Positions 8,476-16,872 of a stretch of DNA of 64,000 nucleotides are shown piece by piece. Origin of the DNA: an uncultured Clostridia bacterium (GTDB lineage Bacteria > Acidobacteriota > Aminicenantia > UBA2199); contig CAYZNT010000014.1 in NCBI GenBank assembly GCA_964479735.1, forward strand, positions 2,917 to 66,916, given 5' to 3'. Position 1 is the stretch's first letter. The number at the start of each line of letters is the position of its first letter. A program made the position numbers and the translations under genes. A model generated the notes under the pieces. The model ran no database searches and was not told where the DNA came from. It saw only the letters and a program-made list of their open reading frames with translations.

Positions 8476-10290
8476 TTGGCGGACGATCGGGACGCGGAAG
8501 TGGCGGAGAGGCAGGTGCCCGGCATATCCGGAAGGGGGCTGGACGGCAGGGGAGTCCGTCGGGCGCTTCCCCTGATGTTGGTGCTGCTGGCCGCCGCCTG
8601 CGCCCGCCCCTCCCTGCGCCAGGCGGAGACCTGGCGCGCCGGCCACGACTACGACAAGGCGCTGGCGCGCTACCTGAAGGCGCTGCGTGAAAGGCCCCAG
8701 GACATCCAGCTGAAGCTGGCCGTGGACGGCCTGCTGAAGGAGGCCGCCGCCTGGTACGGGGCCCGCGCCGCCCAGCTGGAGCAGGAGGGCCATGCCGCCC
8801 TCGCGCTCCAGCTCTACCGCAAGGCGCTGGAGTACGATCCCGGCGACCGTCGCACCCGACAGAGGCTGCAGGAGCTGCAGCGGCCGGGGGAAGGGGTCGA
8901 GACCATCGAGAGCCAGGCGCACGGGGCCGAGCTGGCGGTGAGCGTGCCGCCGTCCCTGGCCAGCCCGGAGCGGATCGACGTGGACTTCCGCCACAAGACC
9001 GGGTTGCTGGCCATCCTGCGCGTGCTGGCCCAGAGCGGCGGGGTCAACCTTCTGTTCGACCCGGATCTGGCCGACAAGCCGGTGGCGGTCACCCTGCGCC
9101 AGGTCACCCTGCGCGAGGCGCTGGACCGGATCTGCCAGATCTCCGAGAGCCGCTACTTCGTGCTGGACGGGCGCAACATCCTGGTGGCGCCGGACACCGA
9201 GAGCGCCCGGTCCCGCTACCAGGAGCTGGTCGTCAAGAACATCTACTTCTCCAACGTCGAGGCCGACGAGGCCAAGCGCATCATGGAGCAGGCCGCCCGG
9301 CTCCAGCGGCTGATCGTCAACAAGCCGAGCAACTCGCTCATCGTCGCCGATTCCGCCGAGAACGTCGTCCTGGCCGAAAGGCTCGCCCGCTTCATCGACA
9401 AGCGCAAGGGCGAGGTGGAGATCGACGTCGAGATCATGGAGGTGGACCGCAAGCGGCTGAAGCAGTACGGCACCGAGCTGTCGTCGTGGAGCGTCGGCGC
9501 CGCCCTGAGCGGAAGCGGGGGCGGCCTCTCCGCGGACGCGCTCCGGGCGGTCGACCTGTCGGCCGACGTCCTGCTGTCGGTGCCGCAGGCGGTCTGGCGC
9601 TTCATGGCCACCGTCACCGATTCGAAGATCCTGGCCCAGCCCAAGGTGCGCGGCATGGACAAGGAGCGGGTGGAGATCCAGCTCGGCGAAAAGCGCCCCA
9701 TCCCGACCACCACGTTCGTTCCCCTCTCCCAGGGCAGCCTCAACCAGCAGCCGATCACCTCCTACAGCATGACCGACGTCGGCATCACCCTGAACATCAC
9801 CCCGACCATCCATCTCAACGAGGAGGTGACCCTCGAGCTGGTGTTCAGCCTGACCTACGTCATCGACATCGGCAGCGCGACCCTGCCGCCGACGCTGGGC
9901 AACCGCCGGGTGACCACCCGGCTGCGCCTGCGCACCGGCGAGACGGGCATCATCGCCGGCTTGATGCGCGGCTCCACCACCACCTCGCGCACCGGCGTGC
10001 CGCTGCTCAACGACATCCCCCTGCTGCGCGACCTCTTCTCGTCCAACCGGCGCGAGCACGAGCGCACCGACATCCTGCTGAGCATCACCCCCCGCATCCT
10101 GCGCATGCCCGAGATCACCCGTGGCGACCTCGAGCCCCATTTCATCGGCACCGAGGCCCGGCCCGGGCTGCAGCGCGCCCGGGAGGCCCCCCCGGCCCCG
10201 CCTCCCCCCGCCCCGGCCCCGGTGAAGAAGGGGAAACCCGGGCGCAAGAAGGCGAACCCGGACGCGGCCCAGGCGGCTCCGCCGGGGTGA
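8476..10290 (+). CDS. secretin family outer-membrane channel lipoprotein (PilQ/GspD-like) with an N-terminal TPR region
   Basis: A possible TTG start at 8476 follows a gggagg RBS; the alternative ATG is at 8575. A lipobox-like LLAAAC is present. It has TPR-like helices (YDKALARYLKALRER, LALQLYRKALEYDP), an N0/STN-like domain (IDVDFRHKTGLLAILRVLAQSGGVNLLFDP), a Secretin_N domain (SLIVADSAENVVLAERLARFIDKRKGEVEIDVEIMEV) and the secretin C-domain (VPLLNDIPLLRDLFSS...ILLSITPRIL). It starts 28 nt after fibre paralog 2. Confidence 0.75.
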   Translation: MADDRDAEVAERQVPGISGRGLDGRGVRRALPLMLVLLAAACARPSLRQAETWRAGHDYDKALARYLKALRERPQDIQLKLAVDGLLKEAAAWYGARAAQLEQEGHAALALQLYRKALEYDPGDRRTRQRLQELQRPGEGVETIESQAHGAELAVSVPPSLASPERIDVDFRHKTGLLAILRVLAQSGGVNLLFDPDLADKPVAVTLRQVTLREALDRICQISESRYFVLDGRNILVAPDTESARSRYQELVVKNIYFSNVEADEAKRIMEQAARLQRLIVNKPSNSLIVADSAENVVLAERLARFIDKRKGEVEIDVEIMEVDRKRLKQYGTELSSWSVGAALSGSGGGLSADALRAVDLSADVLLSVPQAVWRFMATVTDSKILAQPKVRGMDKERVEIQLGEKRPIPTTTFVPLSQGSLNQQPITSYSMTDVGITLNITPTIHLNEEVTLELVFSLTYVIDIGSATLPPTLGNRRVTTRLRLRTGETGIIAGLMRGSTTTSRTGVPLLNDIPLLRDLFSSNRREHERTDILLSITPRILRMPEITRGDLEPHFIGTEARPGLQRAREAPPAPPPPAPAPVKKGKPGRKKANPDAAQAAPPG

Positions 10291-10351
10291 GCCCGCGGCG
10301 TTGACCGGGCCCGGTTTTTCTGTTACAACGGCGCCGACAGGAGGTGTCCGA

Positions 10352-11143
10352 ATGAAGATGCCGCTGTTCCAGGTCGATGCCTTCACCGAAAATCCGTTTC
10401 AGGGAAACCCCGCCGCCGTCTGTCTGCCGCCGAAGCCCTTGCCGGACGAGACGCTGCAGAAGATCGCCGCCGAGATGAACCTTTCCGAAACGGCGTTCCT
10501 GTGGCCAACCGCCGACGGCTGGCACCTGCGCTGGTTCACCCCGCGGGTGGAGGTCGACCTGTGCGGCCATGCCACCCTGGCCAGCGCGACCGTCCTGTAC
10601 GAGCGGGGGCTGCTGGAGAAGACGAGCGTGGCGCGATTCCAGACGCGCAGCGGCCTGCTGAGCGCGGCCTGGCGCAAGGGCTGGATCGAGCTGGACTTCC
10701 CCCGCCGCGAGGTGTCGGTGATGAGGATCCCGCAGCGGATCGTGCGCGCGGTGGGCGTGGCGCCGCTGGCCACCGGCGTATCCGGCGACAATTTCCTCAT
10801 CGAGACCACCAGCCAGGAGGAGGTCGCCCGGGCCCGGCCCGATTTCGTTTCCCTGGCCCGCCTCACCGATCACGGCGTGATCCTCACCAGCCACTACGCG
10901 GCCCCGGAATACGATTTCGTGTCCCGTTTCTTCGCCCCGGCCATCGGCATCAACGAGGACCCGGTGACCGGTTCGGCCCACTGCAGCCTGGCCCCCTATT
11001 GGGCCAAGCGCCTCGGCAAGAGCGAGATGACCGCCTACCAGTCTTCGGCCCGCGGGGGGGTGCTGCGGCTCCGGCTGGAGGCCGAGCGGGTCGCCATATC
11101 CGGCCGGGCGGTGCTGGTCTTCTCCGGCGAGTTGACGGTGTAA
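10352..11143 (+). CDS. PhzF family phenazine-biosynthesis-like isomerase
   Basis: The ATG at 10352 follows a caggagg RBS. The N-terminus MKMPLFQVDAFTENPFQGNPAAV is typical of PhzF, and the protein is ~263 aa. Confidence 0.8.
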   Translation: MKMPLFQVDAFTENPFQGNPAAVCLPPKPLPDETLQKIAAEMNLSETAFLWPTADGWHLRWFTPRVEVDLCGHATLASATVLYERGLLEKTSVARFQTRSGLLSAAWRKGWIELDFPRREVSVMRIPQRIVRAVGVAPLATGVSGDNFLIETTSQEEVARARPDFVSLARLTDHGVILTSHYAAPEYDFVSRFFAPAIGINEDPVTGSAHCSLAPYWAKRLGKSEMTAYQSSARGGVLRLRLEAERVAISGRAVLVFSGELTV

Positions 11144-11315
11144 GCCCGTCGGCCCGGGGTCCACCGGGCGACGAGCCGTCCGGAGCTCGGCCGGACGGCG
11201 CCTGGGCACGTGTTCCCGGCCATTTCCGCCGGCAGGGCATGGCCGGGCGACGAGCCCCCCGCGGCCGCGAGGGACGCATGTTGACAATACTTCCCGCATC
11301 GGCTAGCCTGCCGCC

Positions 11316-12167
11316 ATGAGACAGGCGCGTTACACCTACCCCGGCGCGTTCCACCACGTGATCAGCCGCGGGTGCGGCGACGTGTTCGCGGTTGCCGCGG
11401 ACCGGCGTGTTTTTCTCGCGATCCTCGGCGAGCGGGTGCGCCTGATGCGCATCCGGCTGGCGGCCTGGTCCCTGGCGAGCGACGGCTACGAGCTGGTGCT
11501 GGAGAACAGCGCCGGCCGCATGAGCGAGTTCCTGAAAGGGCTGAACGCCGCCTTCGCCATCCGCTACCGCGCCCGCCATGGAGGCGGAGGGCGGGTGTTC
11601 CGGGACCGCTTCTCCTCCGTCCTGATCCAGGACGAGCCGCACCTGCGCCTGGCCATCCTGCATGTCGCGCAGCGGGCGCCGCGGCGCCTTCCCACCGCCG
11701 CCTCCTGGTCGAGCCTCGCCGAGTTCCTGTCCGAAAAGGGGCCGGGCGTGACCGACGTGCCGTTCGTCAGCGCCCTGTGGGGGGGAAGAGAGAACCTGCG
11801 CAGGGCGCTGACCGCCCCGGCGGGCGCCGGGCTGCCTTCCTTTCCGACCACCTTCGGGCGCATCGCCGGCCACAAGGGCGCCCCGCCCGCCGCCCGCCTG
11901 GAACGGCGCGAAGCCCCGCCCGGATTCGCTTCGCGGGAGGCCGTGATGCGCCACTTCGCCGCCCGCCACGGGCTCGACGGCCCGCTGCCGCTGAAGACGC
12001 GTGCCGGCCGTCGCCTTCGCGCCGACCTGCTGCTCGAGCTCCGCGAAGAGTGCGGCCTGACCTACCGCGACATCGCCCGCCTGCCGGAGTTCGCCGACCT
12101 GAGCCCCGCCTCGCTGGGCAAGATCTACCAGGACGCGCGGCGGCGCCGGGGGGACCGCCGTGGATAG
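11316..12167 (+). CDS. RAYT-like (IS200/Y1-transposase-like) domain fused to a DnaA C-terminal HTH domain; probably a domesticated, non-catalytic transposase-like protein
   Basis: The N-terminus YTYPGAFHHVISRG resembles the REP-associated tyrosine transposase start. The expected HuH position reads GYELVLE, so the motif is degenerate. The C-terminus LREECGLTYRDIARL...SPASLGKIY is DnaA_C-like. GC-rich palindromes lie upstream. Confidence 0.55.
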   Translation: MRQARYTYPGAFHHVISRGCGDVFAVAADRRVFLAILGERVRLMRIRLAAWSLASDGYELVLENSAGRMSEFLKGLNAAFAIRYRARHGGGGRVFRDRFSSVLIQDEPHLRLAILHVAQRAPRRLPTAASWSSLAEFLSEKGPGVTDVPFVSALWGGRENLRRALTAPAGAGLPSFPTTFGRIAGHKGAPPAARLERREAPPGFASREAVMRHFAARHGLDGPLPLKTRAGRRLRADLLLELREECGLTYRDIARLPEFADLSPASLGKIYQDARRRRGDRRG

Positions 12168-12906
12168 CCCGGGACGGGTCGCTCCCCACGAGGAGGACTT
12201 CACCCTGGCCCCGGGCGCGCCCCCCTGGCTGGGCGTCATGGATCGCATGCAGGAGGCGGCCGGCCGCCATGCCGCCCGCCTCGGCGTCGGCCTGCCGCAG
12301 CTGGCGGCCAGGGGGATCACCTGGGTCCTGGTGCGCAACCATGTTCGATTCGCCCGCCCGCCGCGGCTTGACGAGCCGCTGCACCTCGCCACCTGGCCGA
12401 CCGGCCGGCGCGGCCTGCTGGCCGTGCGCGACTTCCGGCTCTGCGATGGCAGCGGGGAGGAGGTCCTGCGCGCCACCTCCGCCTGGCTGCTGATGCGGCT
12501 GGACACCCGCCGCCCGGTGCGCCTCGACCCGCACCTGCCCGACTACCTGGATCTTCCCGGCCCGGCGCTGGCGGACGATTTTGAGCCCCTGCCCGAGGCG
12601 GGTGGGGACACCGCCCCCGCCGTCGTGGTGCAGCCCGCCGACATCGACGTCAACGACCACGTCAACAACATCGTCTACCTGGAATGGGCGCTGCGGGCGG
12701 CGCCGTCGTTTACGACCGGCCGCTGCCCGGGGGAGCTGGAAGTGGCCTTTCTGGGGGAGGCGCGGCTGGGAGACGAGGTGCGCTGCCGCACGAGGTCGGA
12801 GGAGGGGGCGGGGGGGGCGCTCCTGCTGCAGAGCCTGGAGAACGGGGCCGGCCGGGAGCTGACGCGATTGCGCTCGTTCTGGCCGGCCCGGGGAAAAATC
12901 GTTTGA
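12160..12906 (+). CDS. acyl-ACP thioesterase family protein
   Basis: Hot-dog thioesterase motifs (ITWVLVRNHVRF, NDHVNNIVYLEW) consistent with Acyl-ACP_TE. It overlaps the preceding gene by 8 nt. Confidence 0.65.
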   Translation: MDSPGRVAPHEEDFTLAPGAPPWLGVMDRMQEAAGRHAARLGVGLPQLAARGITWVLVRNHVRFARPPRLDEPLHLATWPTGRRGLLAVRDFRLCDGSGEEVLRATSAWLLMRLDTRRPVRLDPHLPDYLDLPGPALADDFEPLPEAGGDTAPAVVVQPADIDVNDHVNNIVYLEWALRAAPSFTTGRCPGELEVAFLGEARLGDEVRCRTRSEEGAGGALLLQSLENGAGRELTRLRSFWPARGKIV

Positions 12907-12994
12907 CGGCCAACGACATGTTGGCAGGGCCGGGGGATTCTGCTATGATGGGTCCTTTTTGCGGGGGCCCGCCCGCCGCGACAGGAGGAGCGCC

Positions 12995-13273
12995 ATGAAG
13001 AGGGATGTGGTGGCCATCATCGTCGAACAGCGCAACGAAACGGCGGCCCGGGTGCAGCAGGTGCTGACCGGCTGGGGCTGTTGGATCAAGACGCGGCTGG
13101 GCCTGCATGACGGCGTACTCGACCGGTGCGCACCGTCCGGGCTGATCATCCTGGAGATGGTCGGCGAGGACGACCGGATCGCCGAGTGCGTGCGCAAGCT
13201 GAACCTGATCAAGGGGGTGCAGGCGAAGCGCGTCCGCCTGGAACTGCCGGCGGAGGGGGAGGCGGGGGCATGA
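12995..13273 (+). CDS. TM1266-like small regulator (putative iron-only hydrogenase system regulator family)
   Basis: 92 aa; the ATG at 12995 follows a caggagg RBS. The fold is ACT/NikR-like (VVAIIVEQRNETAARVQQVLTGWGCWIKTRLGLH). The promoter is TTGGCA-17-TATGAT at about 12926-12954. Confidence 0.5.
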   Translation: MKRDVVAIIVEQRNETAARVQQVLTGWGCWIKTRLGLHDGVLDRCAPSGLIILEMVGEDDRIAECVRKLNLIKGVQAKRVRLELPAEGEAGA

Positions 13274-14475
13274 ACATCCTGGTCATCAACAGCGGCAGCT
13301 CCTCGATCAAGTTCCAGCTGATGGACATGGACACGCACGCCCCGCGATGCCGGGGGCTGCTGGAGAGGATCAGCCTGGCCGGCGGCATCTTCACCTACGA
13401 GCCGGCGGGCCGGGAAAGGATCAAGACCGGTTGCGACATCCCCAACCACGCCGCCGGCATCCGCATGGTGCTGGACGCCGTCTGCAGCCCGGAGGCGGGC
13501 GTCATCCGCTCCCTGGACGAGATCGCGGCCGTCGGCCACCGCATCGTCCACGGCGGCGAGCGGATCAAGAAGCCGGAAGTGCTGGGCGACGAGGTGGTGG
13601 CCATCGTCCGCGAGTGCAGCAAGCTGGCCCCCCTCCACAACCCGCCCAACCTGACCGGTTTCGAGGCGGTGCGAGACCTCCTTCCCGGGGTGCCCCACGT
13701 CGGCGTCTTCGACACCGCCTTCCACGCCACCATGCCGCCGCACGCCTACGTCTATGCCCTCGACTACGATCTGTACGAGCGCCACGGCATCCGCCGCTTC
13801 GGCTTCCACGGCACCTCGCACCAGTACGTGGCCATGCGCGCCGCCGCCATGCTGGGCAAGCCGCTGGACAATTTCCACTGCGTCACCTGCCACATGGGCA
13901 ACGGGGTCTCCCTGACCGCCGTCCGCGGCGGGCGCTCGGTGGACACCACGCTCGGCTTCGGCACCATGTGCGGCGTGCCGATGGGCACCCGCGCCGGGGA
14001 CGTCGACCCGGCCATCATCCTGCACCTGATCGACCAACTGGGCATGAGCAGCGCCGAGGTGCACGACCTGCTCTACCGCCGTTCGGGGCTGAAGGGGCTT
14101 GGCGGCCAAACGCCCGACATGCGGGACGTCGAGGCGGCCGCCGCCGCCGGCGACCCGCGCGCGCGCCTGGCGCTGGACGTGTTCTGCCACGCCGCCCGCA
14201 AGTACGTCGCCGCCCTGGCCACCAGCCTGGAGGGGCGGCTCGACGCGGTGGTGTTCACCGCCGGCATCGGCGAGAACTCGCCCGCCACCCGCGCCGGAGT
14301 CTGCCGGGGCCTGGAGTTCATGGGCGTGCACCTGGACCCGTCCCGGAACGAGGTACGCGGCCGCGAGGCGGTCGTCTCGGCCGGCTCCTCGCCGGTCGCG
14401 GTGTTGGTCGTGCCGACCAACGAGGAGCTGATGATCGCCCTCGAGACCCAGCGGGTGGTGAGCGGCACGACCTGA
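13270..14475 (+). CDS. ackA: acetate kinase
   Basis: MNILVINSGSSSIKFQL at the N-terminus, HNPPNL and GTSH motifs, 401 aa. It overlaps the previous gene at ATGA. Confidence 0.9.
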   Translation: MNILVINSGSSSIKFQLMDMDTHAPRCRGLLERISLAGGIFTYEPAGRERIKTGCDIPNHAAGIRMVLDAVCSPEAGVIRSLDEIAAVGHRIVHGGERIKKPEVLGDEVVAIVRECSKLAPLHNPPNLTGFEAVRDLLPGVPHVGVFDTAFHATMPPHAYVYALDYDLYERHGIRRFGFHGTSHQYVAMRAAAMLGKPLDNFHCVTCHMGNGVSLTAVRGGRSVDTTLGFGTMCGVPMGTRAGDVDPAIILHLIDQLGMSSAEVHDLLYRRSGLKGLGGQTPDMRDVEAAAAAGDPRARLALDVFCHAARKYVAALATSLEGRLDAVVFTAGIGENSPATRAGVCRGLEFMGVHLDPSRNEVRGREAVVSAGSSPVAVLVVPTNEELMIALETQRVVSGTT

Positions 14476-14491
14476 GCGGCGGATCCCGGTC

Positions 14492-16114
14492 ATGGCCGGC
14501 TTCGATGTCGTCTTCGTCCTCCCGTACCCGGCCAGCGATCACCCGTCGTTCCCCGAGGGGCTTCTGAAGCGGGTCCTCGAGGCCGAGGGCTTCCGGGTCG
14601 GCGTCATCCAGAGACCCCGCTGGCAGGAGACGACGGACTTCGCCGCCTGCGGCCGGCCGCGCCTCTTTTTCGCGGTGATCGGCGGGCCGGTCGACTCCAT
14701 GGTCCTGAACTACACCTCGCTGCGCAAGCGTCGCCGCGAAGACCAGTACCAGGTGGGGAGCGCCTTCTTTCCCGGCTCCGCCCCGTCCGTGTCCTTCCGC
14801 ATCCGCCCCGACCGCACCGTCATCCTCTTCGCCAACCGGCTGCGCCAGCTCTTCAAGGACGTGCCCATCGTCGTCGGCGGCATCGAGGCCTCGATGCGCC
14901 GATTCGCCCATTTCGATTTCCAGGAGCAGAAGATCCGGCGCTCCATCCTGCTCGACGCGCGCGCCGACCTGCTGGTCTGGGGGGGAGGCGAGACGCAGAT
15001 CGTGGCCATCGCCCGCGCCCTGGCGGCCGGTGACGCCGCCTCCCTGCCGGCCATTCCCGGCACCGCCGCGGTGGTGCGCGAGCCGCCCGCCGGCGGTGAC
15101 GTCGCCCTGCCCTCCGGCGAGGAGGTCATCACCGATCCCCCGCGGCTGCTGGAGGCCCAGATGGCGCTGGAGCGGGCGCCAGCCGGGCGGCCGGTGTTCC
15201 AGGCCCACGGCAACCGCTGGGTGCGGCAGAACCCGGCGCAGCCGTACGGCCGGGGCGACCTGGACCGGATCTACGGGCTCGGCTACACCCGCCGCCACCT
15301 CGACGTCCCCGGCTGCTCCCCCGCCCTGCGCATGAGCCTCTTCTCGGTTACCGCCCACCGCGGCTGCGGCGGAGGCTGCTCCTTCTGCGCCATCGCCGGC
15401 CACGAGGGGAGGGGGGTGGTGTCGCGCTCCCCCGCCTCGGTGATCGCCGAGATCGAGGCCATGCGCTCCCACCCCGAGTGGCGCGGCCAGGTGGGCGACG
15501 TGGGCGGGCCGACCGCCGAGATGTACGGAGCCGGCTGCGGAGATCCCGGCTGCGTCCGCTCCTCCTGCCTGCAACCGGCGGTGTGCCCGGGCTTTCGCGC
15601 CGGCCGGCCCTACCTGGATCTGCTGCGCGCCTGCCGCGCCGTCCCGGGAGTGGAGAAGGTCTTCGTCGCTTCCGGCTGCCGCCACGACCTGCTGCTGGAG
15701 AACCCCGACCTGCTGGAGGAGATCCTGCGCCACCACGCCGGCCGTTTCCTGCGCATCGCCCCCGAGCACACCGCCGAGAGGGTGCTGCGGCTGATGGGCA
15801 AGCCCCCGCCGCAGGCGCTGGAGGAGTTCGTGCGCCTGTTCAGCGATGTGGGGCGCGGCCTGAAACGACCGGTCGGGCTGGCCGCCTACCTGATCGCCGG
15901 CTTCCCGGGGGAGACGGAGGCCGACGTGCGCGAGATGAAGGGCCGCCTGGGCGGCCTGGGGCTGACCCATGTCGACGTGCAGGTCTTCACGCCCACCCCC
16001 GGCACCCTGGCCACCGCCATGTACGTCGCCGGCCGCGACCCGCAAGGGAACCCGCTGGCGGTGGAGCGGAGCGTCCGCGTCCTGGCGGACCGGCAGCGGT
16101 TCCTGGCCGGGTGA
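14492..16114 (+). CDS. ygiQ: YgiQ family (UPF0313) radical SAM protein
   Basis: An N-terminal B12-binding-like domain plus the radical SAM motif CGGGCSFC (Cx3Cx2C), 540 aa. Confidence 0.8.
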   Translation: MAGFDVVFVLPYPASDHPSFPEGLLKRVLEAEGFRVGVIQRPRWQETTDFAACGRPRLFFAVIGGPVDSMVLNYTSLRKRRREDQYQVGSAFFPGSAPSVSFRIRPDRTVILFANRLRQLFKDVPIVVGGIEASMRRFAHFDFQEQKIRRSILLDARADLLVWGGGETQIVAIARALAAGDAASLPAIPGTAAVVREPPAGGDVALPSGEEVITDPPRLLEAQMALERAPAGRPVFQAHGNRWVRQNPAQPYGRGDLDRIYGLGYTRRHLDVPGCSPALRMSLFSVTAHRGCGGGCSFCAIAGHEGRGVVSRSPASVIAEIEAMRSHPEWRGQVGDVGGPTAEMYGAGCGDPGCVRSSCLQPAVCPGFRAGRPYLDLLRACRAVPGVEKVFVASGCRHDLLLENPDLLEEILRHHAGRFLRIAPEHTAERVLRLMGKPPPQALEEFVRLFSDVGRGLKRPVGLAAYLIAGFPGETEADVREMKGRLGGLGLTHVDVQVFTPTPGTLATAMYVAGRDPQGNPLAVERSVRVLADRQRFLAG

Positions 16115-16228
16115 AGCCTCCCGATCGCCTCCAACGGCGGGGGGGCGCCCCGTCCCGGCTCCGCCTGCGGGCGGCCCGGAACGCCCGACCCGCGAGCCGG
16201 AATCAGGTTATTTATTTAACAAAAAAAT

Positions 16229-16257
16229 TTGCGTCCAGCCGAAAATTCCGATATAAT
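16229..16257 (+). promoter_or_regulatory. sigma70-type promoter for the hdr/flx cluster
   Basis: TTGCGT (16229-16234), 17-nt spacer, TATAAT (16252-16257). It is preceded by an A/T-rich UP-like tract (ttatttatttaacaaaaaaattt) in an otherwise 70% GC genome. Confidence 0.55.
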
Positions 16258-16290
16258 GCGATTTCCTCATTCGGTTCTAGGAGACAATCC

Positions 16291-16872
16291 ATGCCGACTG
16301 AAGCCCCCCACCCGGAGGCGCGCCGCACCCTGGCGGTTCCCATCCTGCAGCAAACCGGAGTGAAAATCGCCCGCTGCTACCAGTGCGGCAAGTGCTCCGC
16401 CGGCTGCCCGCTGGCCGAGGAGATGGATTACCCGCCGAGCCTGATCCTGCGCATGCTGCAGACCGGCTCGCCGGGGCTGGAGGAGAAGGTGCTGCGCTCC
16501 TACACCATCTGGCTGTGCGTCACCTGCGAGACCTGCATCGCCCGCTGCCCGATGGAGATCGACATCCCCAGGATGATGGACTGGCTGCGCCAGGAGTCGT
16601 TGCGCCGCGGCTGGGCCCACCGGCGCGCCCGCGACATCGTCCGCTTCCACCGCGCCTTTCTCGACTCCATCCAGGTCACCGGCCGGCTCTACGAGATCGG
16701 GCTGATCGCCGACTACAAGGTGCGCTCGCGCCACCTCCTGCAGGACCTGCTGCTGGCGCCCAAGATGTTCTTCAAGGGCAAGCTGAGCCTGATCCCGGAG
16801 ATGATCCAGGACCGGCTGGGGATGGCGCGCATCTTCGGCAAGACCCTGAACCGCGAGGAGGAACGGTCATGA
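16291..16872 (+). CDS. hdrC: heterodisulfide reductase subunit C
   Basis: Two 4Fe-4S motifs (CYQCGKCSAGCP, CVTCETCIARCP). The ATG follows a ggagacaatcc RBS. Confidence 0.8.
   Translation: MPTEAPHPEARRTLAVPILQQTGVKIARCYQCGKCSAGCPLAEEMDYPPSLILRMLQTGSPGLEEKVLRSYTIWLCVTCETCIARCPMEIDIPRMMDWLRQESLRRGWAHRRARDIVRFHRAFLDSIQVTGRLYEIGLIADYKVRSRHLLQDLLLAPKMFFKGKLSLIPEMIQDRLGMARIFGKTLNREEERS

Noticed and set aside
8263-10386. 707-aa ORF on the minus strand
   Set aside because: It is antisense to the secretin gene, low-complexity (R/G/A/P-rich) and has no motifs; a typical high-GC antisense artefact.
10950-12506. 518-aa minus-strand ORF
   Set aside because: It is antisense to phzF, the RAYT-like gene and the thioesterase; low complexity, no domain signatures.
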